From Gammaproteobacteria bacterium (GTDB lineage: Bacteria > Pseudomonadota > Gammaproteobacteria > Eutrophobiales > Eutrophobiaceae), in assembly GCA_965116495.1 (NCBI GenBank), contig OZ220696.1:1408001-1472000 (forward strand): a stretch of DNA of 64,000 nt, given 5' to 3'. Each line of letters begins with the position of its first letter. Within the stretch, counting starts at the first letter, position 1. The notes beneath the pieces are model-generated. The model saw only the letters and a list, made by a program, of their open reading frames with translations. It was not told the DNA's origin and made no database searches. Both the position numbers and the translations under genes were made by a program. This document shows positions 48,698 through 56,790 of this stretch, piece after piece.

Positions 48698-49885
48698 ATG
48701 AACAAGCGCAAGATCCTCATACTGGTGATTTCCGCCAGTTTCATCACCTTGATGTCAACGGACTTGTATATACCGAGTATGGCCCATATGCCGGGACTGC
48801 TCGGCACCAGCCCCGAACTGGTCAAGCTGACAGTCGGCCTCAACCTGCTGGGGTACGGTTTCGCCACCCTGCTTCACGGTCCGCTTTCCGAACGTTTCGG
48901 CCGCAGGCCGGTCCTGCTCTGCGGCATGGTCGGATTTACCCTGGCCAGCTTATTCTGCGCCCTTGCAGCCGATATAGGTCAACTGATAACGGCGCGGGTG
49001 TTCCAGGGCATCGCCGCTGCCGTGGAAGGCGTTGTTGTGCTGGCGATCATTCGCGATATTTTTTCGGAGAAGGAACAGGTACGGGCGATAGCCGTTTACG
49101 GCATCGCCACTGCACTTGCTCCCGCCATTGCTCCAGTATTGGGTGGTTATATCCACGTATATTTCGGCTGGAGGATGAATTTTTATTTACTCACATGCCT
49201 GGCGCTGGTGGTAACCGTGCTGCTGACCCTGTACCTGGACGAATCAAGCAAAAAGGATTATCACGCTCTTGACCTGAAGGAAATTTACTCTGACTATTTC
49301 AGTATACTCAGCAACAGGTCGTTCCTGATTTATGTCACCATCGGCGGCTGCAGCCTGGGCTGCATATTTGCCTTCATCACCGCAGCTCCGTTCATCCTGA
49401 TTACCAACCATGGCGTGCCGACCGAGCATTTCGGCTACTACCAGGGAGCCATCGTGCTGACCTTCGTTATCGGAAGCCTGGTCGCGGCCAGGATGACAAG
49501 GAAACAAGGGACCGGGGATATTTTACGCATAGGCGTTTACTCCGCAGCAGGCGGAGCCTTGTTGCTGCTGGCTATCATGGTAACTGGATGGGAGACTCCG
49601 GTCACGCTGACGTTTGCCGTGGCGCTGCTCACGTTCGCCGACGGGCCGATCTTTGCCGTGGTACCCACCCTGGCCATGAATTCAACCAGTAAAAGAACCG
49701 GCGCGGCGGCAGCCATGATCGTTGCCGCGGAGATGGCAATAGGCTCGGTTGCAGCACTGTTTCTCAGTTGGTTTCACGACGGCACGGCATGGCCGATGAT
49801 GATCACCATGCTGGGACTGGTGCTGGTTATCGTCCTGGCCTACATGAGCGGTGCGAAAGCAGCCGGTGCGGAAAATACCGGATAA
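48698..49885 (+). CDS. Bcr/CflA family MFS efflux transporter
   Basis: STDLYIPSM, GPLSERFGRRPVL, ARVFQG, APAIAPVLGG, about 12 TM segments. Confidence 0.9.
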   Translation: MNKRKILILVISASFITLMSTDLYIPSMAHMPGLLGTSPELVKLTVGLNLLGYGFATLLHGPLSERFGRRPVLLCGMVGFTLASLFCALAADIGQLITARVFQGIAAAVEGVVVLAIIRDIFSEKEQVRAIAVYGIATALAPAIAPVLGGYIHVYFGWRMNFYLLTCLALVVTVLLTLYLDESSKKDYHALDLKEIYSDYFSILSNRSFLIYVTIGGCSLGCIFAFITAAPFILITNHGVPTEHFGYYQGAIVLTFVIGSLVAARMTRKQGTGDILRIGVYSAAGGALLLLAIMVTGWETPVTLTFAVALLTFADGPIFAVVPTLAMNSTSKRTGAAAAMIVAAEMAIGSVAALFLSWFHDGTAWPMMITMLGLVLVIVLAYMSGAKAAGAENTG

Positions 49886-49951
49886 GTCCCGACTTTCCCC
49901 GGTATGCAATCACGGGGCTCAGCGACGATTTATACTCCCTGTTCTTATTGA

Positions 49952-50803
49952 CTATTCAGCCGTGACGCTTGCCCGGGCTGCAATTTCTCCGTCTGAACGC
50001 TGCACCTGCATGCTGATGGTATCTGCTCCTTCTGCTGTTGCAGAGAGACGGACAGGCTGATCGTCAAACAGCGGCGCCAGGGCGCGATATTCAAACCTGT
50101 TAATGTCCTTATCTGTGTGTTCCCTGACCAGTTGCAGCAATAGCATGGCTACCAGGGGGGCATGCACCACCAAGGCGGGATAGCCCTCCCCTGTCGCGGC
50201 GTAGGTCCTGTCGTAATGAATCTTGTGGCTGTTGAACGTCACGGCCGAGAAACGGAACAACATACCGGCATCCACGGTCAGTTCATGTGACCAGGTGTTC
50301 GCTCCCGGTTCCGCAAATGGCTTGACATCCGGCAGCGCCACAGGCGCTCCCTTGTCCCGGTAGACGATGTCCTGCTCCTCAACAACGCACAGGTTTCCCC
50401 GTTGCTTGAAACTGTTACGAATCCGGACGAATACCAAATCGCCGGACGCGCCGGATTTTTCAGTTATATCAATGACCTCTGACTCGCGTCCGGTCTCATG
50501 GCCGATGATTAACGGTTGCAGGAAATTCACCTTCATTCCGGCAAACAAGCGCCGGGGCAACGTTACGGGAGGAAGAAAACCGCCCCGTCTCGGATGGCCA
50601 TCCTCACCCAGGCCGGATTGGGGTACAGGTTTGATGGTAAAAACCCAGTGCCACAAAGGCGGCAGCCTGTCTCCTTCCCCATAGTCCGGCGCCGGTTCAT
50701 CCAGCGTTGCCGCGAGCCTGTTGACCTGGGCAGGGGTTATGATTTCGGCGCAGCGTTCAACCTTTGGGCGCCAGCCGGGAAACAGTTCGTTGAGTTGGGT
50801 CAT
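49952..50803 (-). CDS. meh: Double hot-dog hydratase, mesaconyl-C4-CoA / itaconyl-CoA hydratase family
   Basis: LPPLWHW, LGEDGHPRRGGFLPPV.LPRRLFAG, EEQDIVYR, LFRFSAVTFNSHKIHYD..Y...EGYP.LVVH.PL. Confidence 0.78.
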   Translation of the reverse strand: MTQLNELFPGWRPKVERCAEIITPAQVNRLAATLDEPAPDYGEGDRLPPLWHWVFTIKPVPQSGLGEDGHPRRGGFLPPVTLPRRLFAGMKVNFLQPLIIGHETGRESEVIDITEKSGASGDLVFVRIRNSFKQRGNLCVVEEQDIVYRDKGAPVALPDVKPFAEPGANTWSHELTVDAGMLFRFSAVTFNSHKIHYDRTYAATGEGYPALVVHAPLVAMLLLQLVREHTDKDINRFEYRALAPLFDDQPVRLSATAEGADTISMQVQRSDGEIAARASVTAE

Positions 50804-52632
50804 CGAATGTGTTTTTCCAGGTTTCCAGCTCGAACGCGTTTTCTTTCATACTCCTTTAGTAGTTTTTTTCGTAACCGGATATTGTCAGGTGTAACTTCCA
50901 CCAGTTCGTCGTCATTGATAAATTCCAGTGCCTGCTCCAACGAGAACTTCACGGGCGGGGTCAATAGAATATTGTCATCCTTGCCGGCAGCACGAATGTT
51001 GGTGAGTTGTTTGGCTTTGAGCGGATTAACCATAAGATCATTATCGCGGGAGTGGATGCCGACAATCATGCCTTCGTAAACATTCGTGCCGGGCTCTATC
51101 AGTAGCCGGCCGCGTGGCTGCAAGTTGAACAAGGGATAGGCCAGTGCCTTACCCTTACCGTTGGAAATCAGTACGCCATTGACTCTTTGATTGTTCAGCG
51201 TCGATTTTAACGGCCCGTAGTGGTCGAAAACATAATGCATCAGTCCTGTGCCTGCTGTTGCCGTCAGGTACTCAGTACGAAAACCGATGATACCGCGGGC
51301 GGGGATCAGGTAATCAAGCCTTATACGTCCCTTGCCGTCCGGCACCATGTCCTGCAAGCCGCCTCCGCGGGAACCCAGCAATTCCATAACGCTTCCCTGG
51401 TAACCGGCCTCCATATCGACGGTGAGTTGTTCATAGGGTTCGCATAATTGACCGTCGACATCCTTGATAATAACTTCAGGGCGCGAGACGCTGAACTCAT
51501 AACTTTCCCTGCGCATATTTTCTATCAGAATGGACAGGTGTAATTCGCCGCGACCGGAGACCCTGAACTTGTCGGAGTCGCCTGTTTCTTCAACGCGTAA
51601 GGCAACATTGTGTTTTAGTTCGCGGAACAATCGCTCGCTGAGTTGGCGCGAGGTGACGTATTTACCTTCCCGGCCGTTAAAAGGCGAGTCGTTGACCTGG
51701 AAGGTCATGGTGACCGTCGGTTCGTCAACGGTCAGTGGGGGTAAGGCTTCGACTGTATCCGGTTCACATAAGGTATCTGATATATCAAGTTCATCAATAC
51801 CGGCTATGGCGATAATATCGCCGGCAGACGCGCTGTTAATTTCAGTTCGTTCAAGACCGAGCAGACGAAACAGTTGCAGAATGCGTCCTCTGCGTATTTT
51901 ATTGTCTTTATCAATGATCGAAACAGGTGTATTGGATATCACTTTACCGCGGGTGATGCGGCCGATTCCAATTACCCCTATATAACTGTTGTAATCAAGT
52001 GCACTGACCTGAAATTGAAAAGCGCCATTTTCATTGACATCGGGCGCCGGGACTTTGGTTACGATAGTTTCAAATAATGCGGTCATGTCCTGGTCTTTAC
52101 AATCGGGATCAGGGCCGCTGTAGCCTTCTTTCGCGGATGTATATATCACCGGGAAATCCAGTTGTTCATCGCTGGCGCCAAGAAGATCAAATAAATCGAA
52201 GGTGCGGTGGAGCACCCAGTCAGGCCGCGCGCCGCTACGGTCAATCTTGTTTATTACGACGATAGGGGTCAGTTGGCGGGCCAATGCTTTTTGCGTGACA
52301 AAACGGGTTTGCGGCATCGGCCCCTCAACGGCATCGACCAGCAACAGCACTGAGTCGACCATAGACAAAATTCTTTCCACTTCTCCGCCAAAATCTGCGT
52401 GACCCGGGGTATCGATAATATTGATGCGATAGTCATTCCAGCGTAGCGCGGTATTCTTCGCCAGAATTGTGATGCCACGTTCTTTTTCGATGTCGTTGGA
52501 GTCCATGACGCGAACAGAACTCATGTCTCTCGCCTGCAGAGTGCCGGATTGTTTCAATAATTGATCCACCAGCGTCGTCTTGCCGTGATCTACATGGGCG
52601 ATAATAGCGATGTTACGAATTACTTCAGGCAT
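50800..52632 (-). CDS. typA: Translational GTPase TypA/BipA
   Basis: RNIAIIAHVDHGKTT, ERGITILAKN, DTPGHADFGGEVER, NKID, GRGELHL, KQLTNIRAAG, DELVEVTP. Confidence 0.97.
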   Translation of the reverse strand: MPEVIRNIAIIAHVDHGKTTLVDQLLKQSGTLQARDMSSVRVMDSNDIEKERGITILAKNTALRWNDYRINIIDTPGHADFGGEVERILSMVDSVLLLVDAVEGPMPQTRFVTQKALARQLTPIVVINKIDRSGARPDWVLHRTFDLFDLLGASDEQLDFPVIYTSAKEGYSGPDPDCKDQDMTALFETIVTKVPAPDVNENGAFQFQVSALDYNSYIGVIGIGRITRGKVISNTPVSIIDKDNKIRRGRILQLFRLLGLERTEINSASAGDIIAIAGIDELDISDTLCEPDTVEALPPLTVDEPTVTMTFQVNDSPFNGREGKYVTSRQLSERLFRELKHNVALRVEETGDSDKFRVSGRGELHLSILIENMRRESYEFSVSRPEVIIKDVDGQLCEPYEQLTVDMEAGYQGSVMELLGSRGGGLQDMVPDGKGRIRLDYLIPARGIIGFRTEYLTATAGTGLMHYVFDHYGPLKSTLNNQRVNGVLISNGKGKALAYPLFNLQPRGRLLIEPGTNVYEGMIVGIHSRDNDLMVNPLKAKQLTNIRAAGKDDNILLTPPVKFSLEQALEFINDDELVEVTPDNIRLRKKLLKEYERKRVRAGNLEKHIR

Positions 52633-52663
52633 TAGGCTCTGTGTGGGGTAAACAACCCGGTGA

Positions 52664-53887
52664 CTAATCAGCTGTAATGCCGGCAATGATTCCCCGGTCG
52701 TGCAGGCCGCCGATGGCGGCGGCGCTCAAACCCAGGATCGTGGCGAGTATCTCGTCGGTATCGGCGCCGAGTTGCGGCGCCGGTGTGACCTGTCGGCGCG
52801 GTTCCGCCTCAAAGCGCAGAGGTGAACCGGGCATCAGGTATTCACCGATACCGGGTTGCAGGACAGTTGAAAAAACAGGGTTCTTGTCAGAACAGCGCGG
52901 ATCATGGTCTACCAGTTCGGAAAAAGTCTGGTACGGCCCCCAACACACACCGTGGGAATCGAATATCGATGCCAATTCTGCAAGGTCATAGCGCGCACAC
53001 CAGGGTTCCAATAAACCGATTATGGAGTCCGTGGCCTGGTAACGATCACCTTCCCGGTCGAGTTTCAATCCGCGTCCGGTTTCTATCTTGTTAAACTCCT
53101 GCTCAAGTTGAGATGCCGTGATCAGGTTCCGCCATTGTCTGTGAGTGATGGCCACCAGCATGATCTCATGCCCGTCCCTGGTTTTAAAATTGTGGCCGAA
53201 CGCACCGTACAACCGGTTACCGATAGCCTGACGTTGTGCGCCATTGATTTGCGCTTCAGCGACATGTCCCAGGTTGCCGACCATGGAAAATGCAATATCC
53301 GACAGCGCCAGCCTGACCAGTTGGCCGGAACCGTTAAGTCGTCGTTGGCGCTCTGCGACTACCACTGCCAGCGCTGCATTGATGCCTGTCAGCGCATCCC
53401 AAGCCGGAAACATGTGGTTGACCGGCGCAGGATCATCTGCTGATCCTGTCGCATAGGGAATACCCGTTGCGGAATTGATGGTGTAGTCAACCGCACTGCC
53501 CCCATCGGGGGTTCCCTGTACCTGTACCATGATCAGGTCGTCACGCCGTTTCTTCAATGCCGTATAGTCCAGCCAGTCCGACTGCGGGAAGTTGGTCAGG
53601 AAAATCCCCGCGTTGGGGGCATCCCCGGTGATCAGTGAAACGGCGAGTTCTTTTCCTTCGGGGGAGCGTAAATCGATGGCAATAGAGCGTTTGCCCTTGT
53701 TCAGACCCGACCAGTACAGGCTTTGTCCCTGTTCTGTCACTGGCCAGCGCCGGTAGTCCAGTCCGCCACCAATCGGGTCAAAGCGTATGACATCCGCCCC
53801 CAGTTGCGCCAGGGTCATGCCCCCCAGCGGCGCAGCGACAAAGGCGGAGCCTTCAACGATGCGCAGGTCTTTCAGCAGGTCATACAT
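52664..53887 (-). CDS. mct: Family III CoA transferase, mesaconyl-CoA C1-C4 isomerase (Mct)-like
   Basis: VEGSAFVAAPLGGMTLAQLGADVIRFDPIGGGLDYRRWP, GLNKGKRS, AVDYTIN, PVNHMFPAWD; typical of the Mct subfamily. Confidence 0.82.
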   Translation of the reverse strand: MYDLLKDLRIVEGSAFVAAPLGGMTLAQLGADVIRFDPIGGGLDYRRWPVTEQGQSLYWSGLNKGKRSIAIDLRSPEGKELAVSLITGDAPNAGIFLTNFPQSDWLDYTALKKRRDDLIMVQVQGTPDGGSAVDYTINSATGIPYATGSADDPAPVNHMFPAWDALTGINAALAVVVAERQRRLNGSGQLVRLALSDIAFSMVGNLGHVAEAQINGAQRQAIGNRLYGAFGHNFKTRDGHEIMLVAITHRQWRNLITASQLEQEFNKIETGRGLKLDREGDRYQATDSIIGLLEPWCARYDLAELASIFDSHGVCWGPYQTFSELVDHDPRCSDKNPVFSTVLQPGIGEYLMPGSPLRFEAEPRRQVTPAPQLGADTDEILATILGLSAAAIGGLHDRGIIAGITAD

Positions 53888-53892
53888 AGGAG

Positions 53893-54043
53893 TATCCGCA
53901 GCACAAGCGCAGATTTACGCAGACTAAAATCAGTCTTTTGAGGAACAGGTAAAATCTATGATACATGCAACTGTATTTACGCTGATAAACACACGGTTTT
54001 TTTGTGTTCTTACCTGCGTAAATCTGCGCTTGTGCTGCGGATA
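53893..54043. repeat. Miniature inverted-repeat element (cgcagat-type arms)
   Basis: Perfect 30-bp IR tatccgcagcacaagcgcagatttacgcag (53893-53922) / 54014-54043 around an AT-rich core. Confidence 0.82.
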
Positions 54044-54058
54044 ATTCTCTCCTTTTTG

Positions 54059-54925
54059 TCAACTAGGCATCAGACCCAAGTCGAATTGCAGGTGGCTGAA
54101 CGGCACGGGAATGTTGTACCGGGCAGCCAGGTCGGCATCTTCGGACTCGGTGTAGCGGCCTATCAATGAACTCTTGGTGGCAAACACCGCGTCCGAGTCC
54201 AGGTATTCGTCGCCGTCGGAGAATACATGGGTCGTCAGCGACTCGTAGCCATCCGCGGAAACGATGAAATGGATATGCGCGGGACGCATGGCGTGACGGC
54301 CGCTGGCCCGGAGCAACTCACCAACGGGCCCGTCTGTCGGTACCGAATATGACAATGGTTTTTCCGTGACAAATGCATAGTTGCCCTCCGTGTCCGTGGT
54401 GAATATACCCCGCATATTATCTTCGGGCATTGAGTTATCCTGCACATCGTAGAAACCATTGGCCGCGGTTTGCCAGACGTCCAGTTTGGCGCCGGCTATC
54501 GGTTTGCCGTCCGGGTCCACCACCTTCCCTTGCACCAGTGCGACTTGCTCGGCATATTGCTGCTTTATGATGCTGGCGCCGCTCTCGTATTCCGGCGCGC
54601 CAGACACGTAAAATGGTCCCAGTACCGTGGACTCCGTCCCCTTGCCCGACTTGGGATGGTTGATCGCGTCCACCAGCATGGAGACGCCCATTACGTCTGA
54701 CAACAGGATAAATTCCTGGCGCTTGTCATCACAGGTCTGTCCAGTCCTGGTCAGGAACATGATGGCCTTGAACCATTCTTCTTCCGTCAACTCCACGTCC
54801 TTGACGAAAGCGTGCAGGTGTTTGAGCAGTGAAGTGATTATCTGCCTGAACCTGGGATCATCTGTTTTGGAGCCGTATTCCTCCAGAACGATTTCCGTTA
54901 AATTGTCGATGGTAAAATCACGCAT
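54059..54925 (-). CDS. Intradiol ring-cleavage dioxygenase (hydroxyquinol/catechol 1,2-dioxygenase family)
   Basis: RQEFILLSDVMG, TVLGPFY, GFYDVQ, RPAHIHF (Tyr/Tyr/His/His iron ligands), DSDAVF. Confidence 0.92.
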   Translation of the reverse strand: MRDFTIDNLTEIVLEEYGSKTDDPRFRQIITSLLKHLHAFVKDVELTEEEWFKAIMFLTRTGQTCDDKRQEFILLSDVMGVSMLVDAINHPKSGKGTESTVLGPFYVSGAPEYESGASIIKQQYAEQVALVQGKVVDPDGKPIAGAKLDVWQTAANGFYDVQDNSMPEDNMRGIFTTDTEGNYAFVTEKPLSYSVPTDGPVGELLRASGRHAMRPAHIHFIVSADGYESLTTHVFSDGDEYLDSDAVFATKSSLIGRYTESEDADLAARYNIPVPFSHLQFDLGLMPS

Positions 54926-54947
54926 GAGTAACCCCCATATGGATATT

Positions 54948-55226
54948 TCAGTAACTGATAACTATATCTTCCAAAGGCGTGACAGAGCACGGCAACATGC
55001 CTCCGTTATCTAGATTCGCCGGGTCAATGGTAGCATACCTTGACAAGGGCCGGAGCGATGTAACGCTACCTTTGAGCAAGCGCACACGGCAGGTCATGCA
55101 GCGGCCCTGTTGACAGCCGCAGGTCAACTGGTGCCCGGCCGCGTAAGCAGACTTCAGTATCGAGGCCTTCTCCCTGCAAAAAAATTCAACCGGCCCGGCA
55201 TCGGAAACCAGTGTCACCTTGTACAT
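54948..55226 (-). CDS. Plant-type [2Fe-2S] ferredoxin
   Basis: CQQGRCMTC...LPC motif; starts 1 nt after the DUF1329 stop. Confidence 0.85.
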   Translation of the reverse strand: MYKVTLVSDAGPVEFFCREKASILKSAYAAGHQLTCGCQQGRCMTCRVRLLKGSVTSLRPLSRYATIDPANLDNGGMLPCSVTPLEDIVISY

Positions 55227-55227
55227 C

Positions 55228-56526
55228 TCAGCGCCCTTTGGCGCGCAACGCCTGCACGGTGAAATCCGTCTCGCGAAATGGCTTCTCCGGCAATATCGCC
55301 TTGAATTGCAAGGTGGTGCAGTGCAGTGCCTGGATATCTATCATGGAGACCGCATCGATGATCGGGACGCCCATACCCCGGTTGGAAAGGTGATGTCGGT
55401 CCGGGTGGGAATATGCGGCCATGGCGACCTTCCACAGGTTGCCGGGCTTGTCGAAGATGTGACCATAGACCGGCAGCATAGTCTGGGCATCCAGGTAATA
55501 CCGTCGCTTTGACAACGGATGTTGTTTCCAGTAAGGCTCAGCCTCCAATATGTAGGCCTTGCGCACGTGCCAGGTGACGTTCGGAAAACAATTGCCTTTA
55601 CCGTGAAAACCGATGAATTTGAATCCATCAAGCTGCTGACCGGCTTCCTCCAATGGTTGCTCGTCGTGGTTAAAGAAAGGTAGCAGGACCCAGGTGACTC
55701 CCTTGTAAGTCCATTTCTGGTCCATGATGCGGCCGTTATAGCCGAGAAAATCCTCAATCATGATATCGCTGCCCAGGAAGGCATCAGTAGTCTGTCCTGA
55801 CGCCAGGCGCCGGACGCGCCGGTGGCCGGAAAGATAAAGCCAGACCTGTTCCTGCTTGGTGTCGTCTTCCAGGCGTTGCACCAGCAATTGCGTGCCGCGT
55901 ATATCGGGCGGGGCCAGCACCTTCAGGTACAACGCATGGTAGATCTGTGATGGATTTCTGGGCATGGACGGAACAGGGTCCTGTACATGCCGGTGCATGA
56001 ACTTCATGGAACTTGCATAGAAGGACAACTGCCTTTCAATCCTGTTATTTCGCATATCCCGGTACTGCCAGTAAAAGCTGGCCACCTCGCCACTGTCGTA
56101 TGAGTAGGTATAACGCAGGTTCCAGGCCAGCTTGTCGCCAGCCCTGGGATCATCCGGTTGCGGTTCCCTGGGGAACGGCCTGCCTGCTACGTAATTACGG
56201 ATAATCCCTGGTTGTTCCCCAAGTTCGGTCGTATCCAGGTAGCGCTTTGTAGCCTCGAGGTAGGCCGGATGTGTAGGAATAGACAGGGCCTCGCTGGTGG
56301 TGATGGTTAAAAATTCATCACCGATCAACTCAACGAGCTTCGGCGCCAGGATATTGCTGAAAGATGCAACATTCTCTTTTGTGATGACCGTGCCCGGCGC
56401 GGGATTGAGCGATGCAATTTTTTCAGGGTCAACGGCAAACGACTGTTCGACAATGTCTGCCGTCACCACGGGGGGATTAACCAGCAGGCAGAAAAACAAT
56501 GTACGAGTCAGGGTTTGCAATGTCAT
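55228..56526 (-). CDS. DUF1329 family periplasmic protein (paralogue 2)
   Basis: AGRPFP...GDKLAWN, WLYLSGHRRVRRL, GSDIMIEDFLGYNG. Start set at ATG 56526 because the upstream ORF extension is repeat-derived. Confidence 0.85.
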   Translation of the reverse strand: MTLQTLTRTLFFCLLVNPPVVTADIVEQSFAVDPEKIASLNPAPGTVITKENVASFSNILAPKLVELIGDEFLTITTSEALSIPTHPAYLEATKRYLDTTELGEQPGIIRNYVAGRPFPREPQPDDPRAGDKLAWNLRYTYSYDSGEVASFYWQYRDMRNNRIERQLSFYASSMKFMHRHVQDPVPSMPRNPSQIYHALYLKVLAPPDIRGTQLLVQRLEDDTKQEQVWLYLSGHRRVRRLASGQTTDAFLGSDIMIEDFLGYNGRIMDQKWTYKGVTWVLLPFFNHDEQPLEEAGQQLDGFKFIGFHGKGNCFPNVTWHVRKAYILEAEPYWKQHPLSKRRYYLDAQTMLPVYGHIFDKPGNLWKVAMAAYSHPDRHHLSNRGMGVPIIDAVSMIDIQALHCTTLQFKAILPEKPFRETDFTVQALRAKGR

Positions 56527-56556
56527 GATTACTTGTATAAGACGTATGTTTTTTAT

Positions 56557-56781
56557 GCCACAGAGGACACAGAAATGTATTTTTGCCATTCCTGTCATTC
56601 CCGCCATTCCTGTCATTCCCGCCACTCCTGTCATTCCCGCCATTCCTGTCATTCTGGCGAATGCCAGAATCCAGTCAAAAAATTATTCATTATTTATAAG
56701 GTACATTTGTTTGCCGGATTCCGGGTCAAGCCCGGAATGACGTCTATTGGCTAACTCTGTGTCCTCTGTGTCCTCTGTGGC
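56557..56781. repeat. Nested repeat elements
   Basis: Outer IR gccacagaggacacaga / tctgtgtcctctgtggc encloses 8 tandem nonamers (gYcaYtcYN, 56585-56656) and a dRS3-like pair ending ccggattccgggtcaagcccggaatgac. Confidence 0.8.
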
Positions 56782-56790
56782 TTTAACGGT

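Noticed and set aside
49952-53887. Autotrophic 3-hydroxypropionate bicycle
   Set aside because: Only mct and meh are present; no mcr, pcs, mcl or mch in the window
53880-54062. Short ORFs over intergenic repeats (53880..54062, 58500..58706, 22978..23163, 43392..43610, 4272..4460)
   Set aside because: Translations of inverted-repeat elements (SADDADERR, DSGFRRND-type peptides), not credible proteins
56527-56652. MTGMAG-repeat N-terminus of ORF 55228..56652
   Set aside because: Produced by the tandem nonamer repeat; the signal-peptide-like start at 56526 fits the DUF1329 paralogue better
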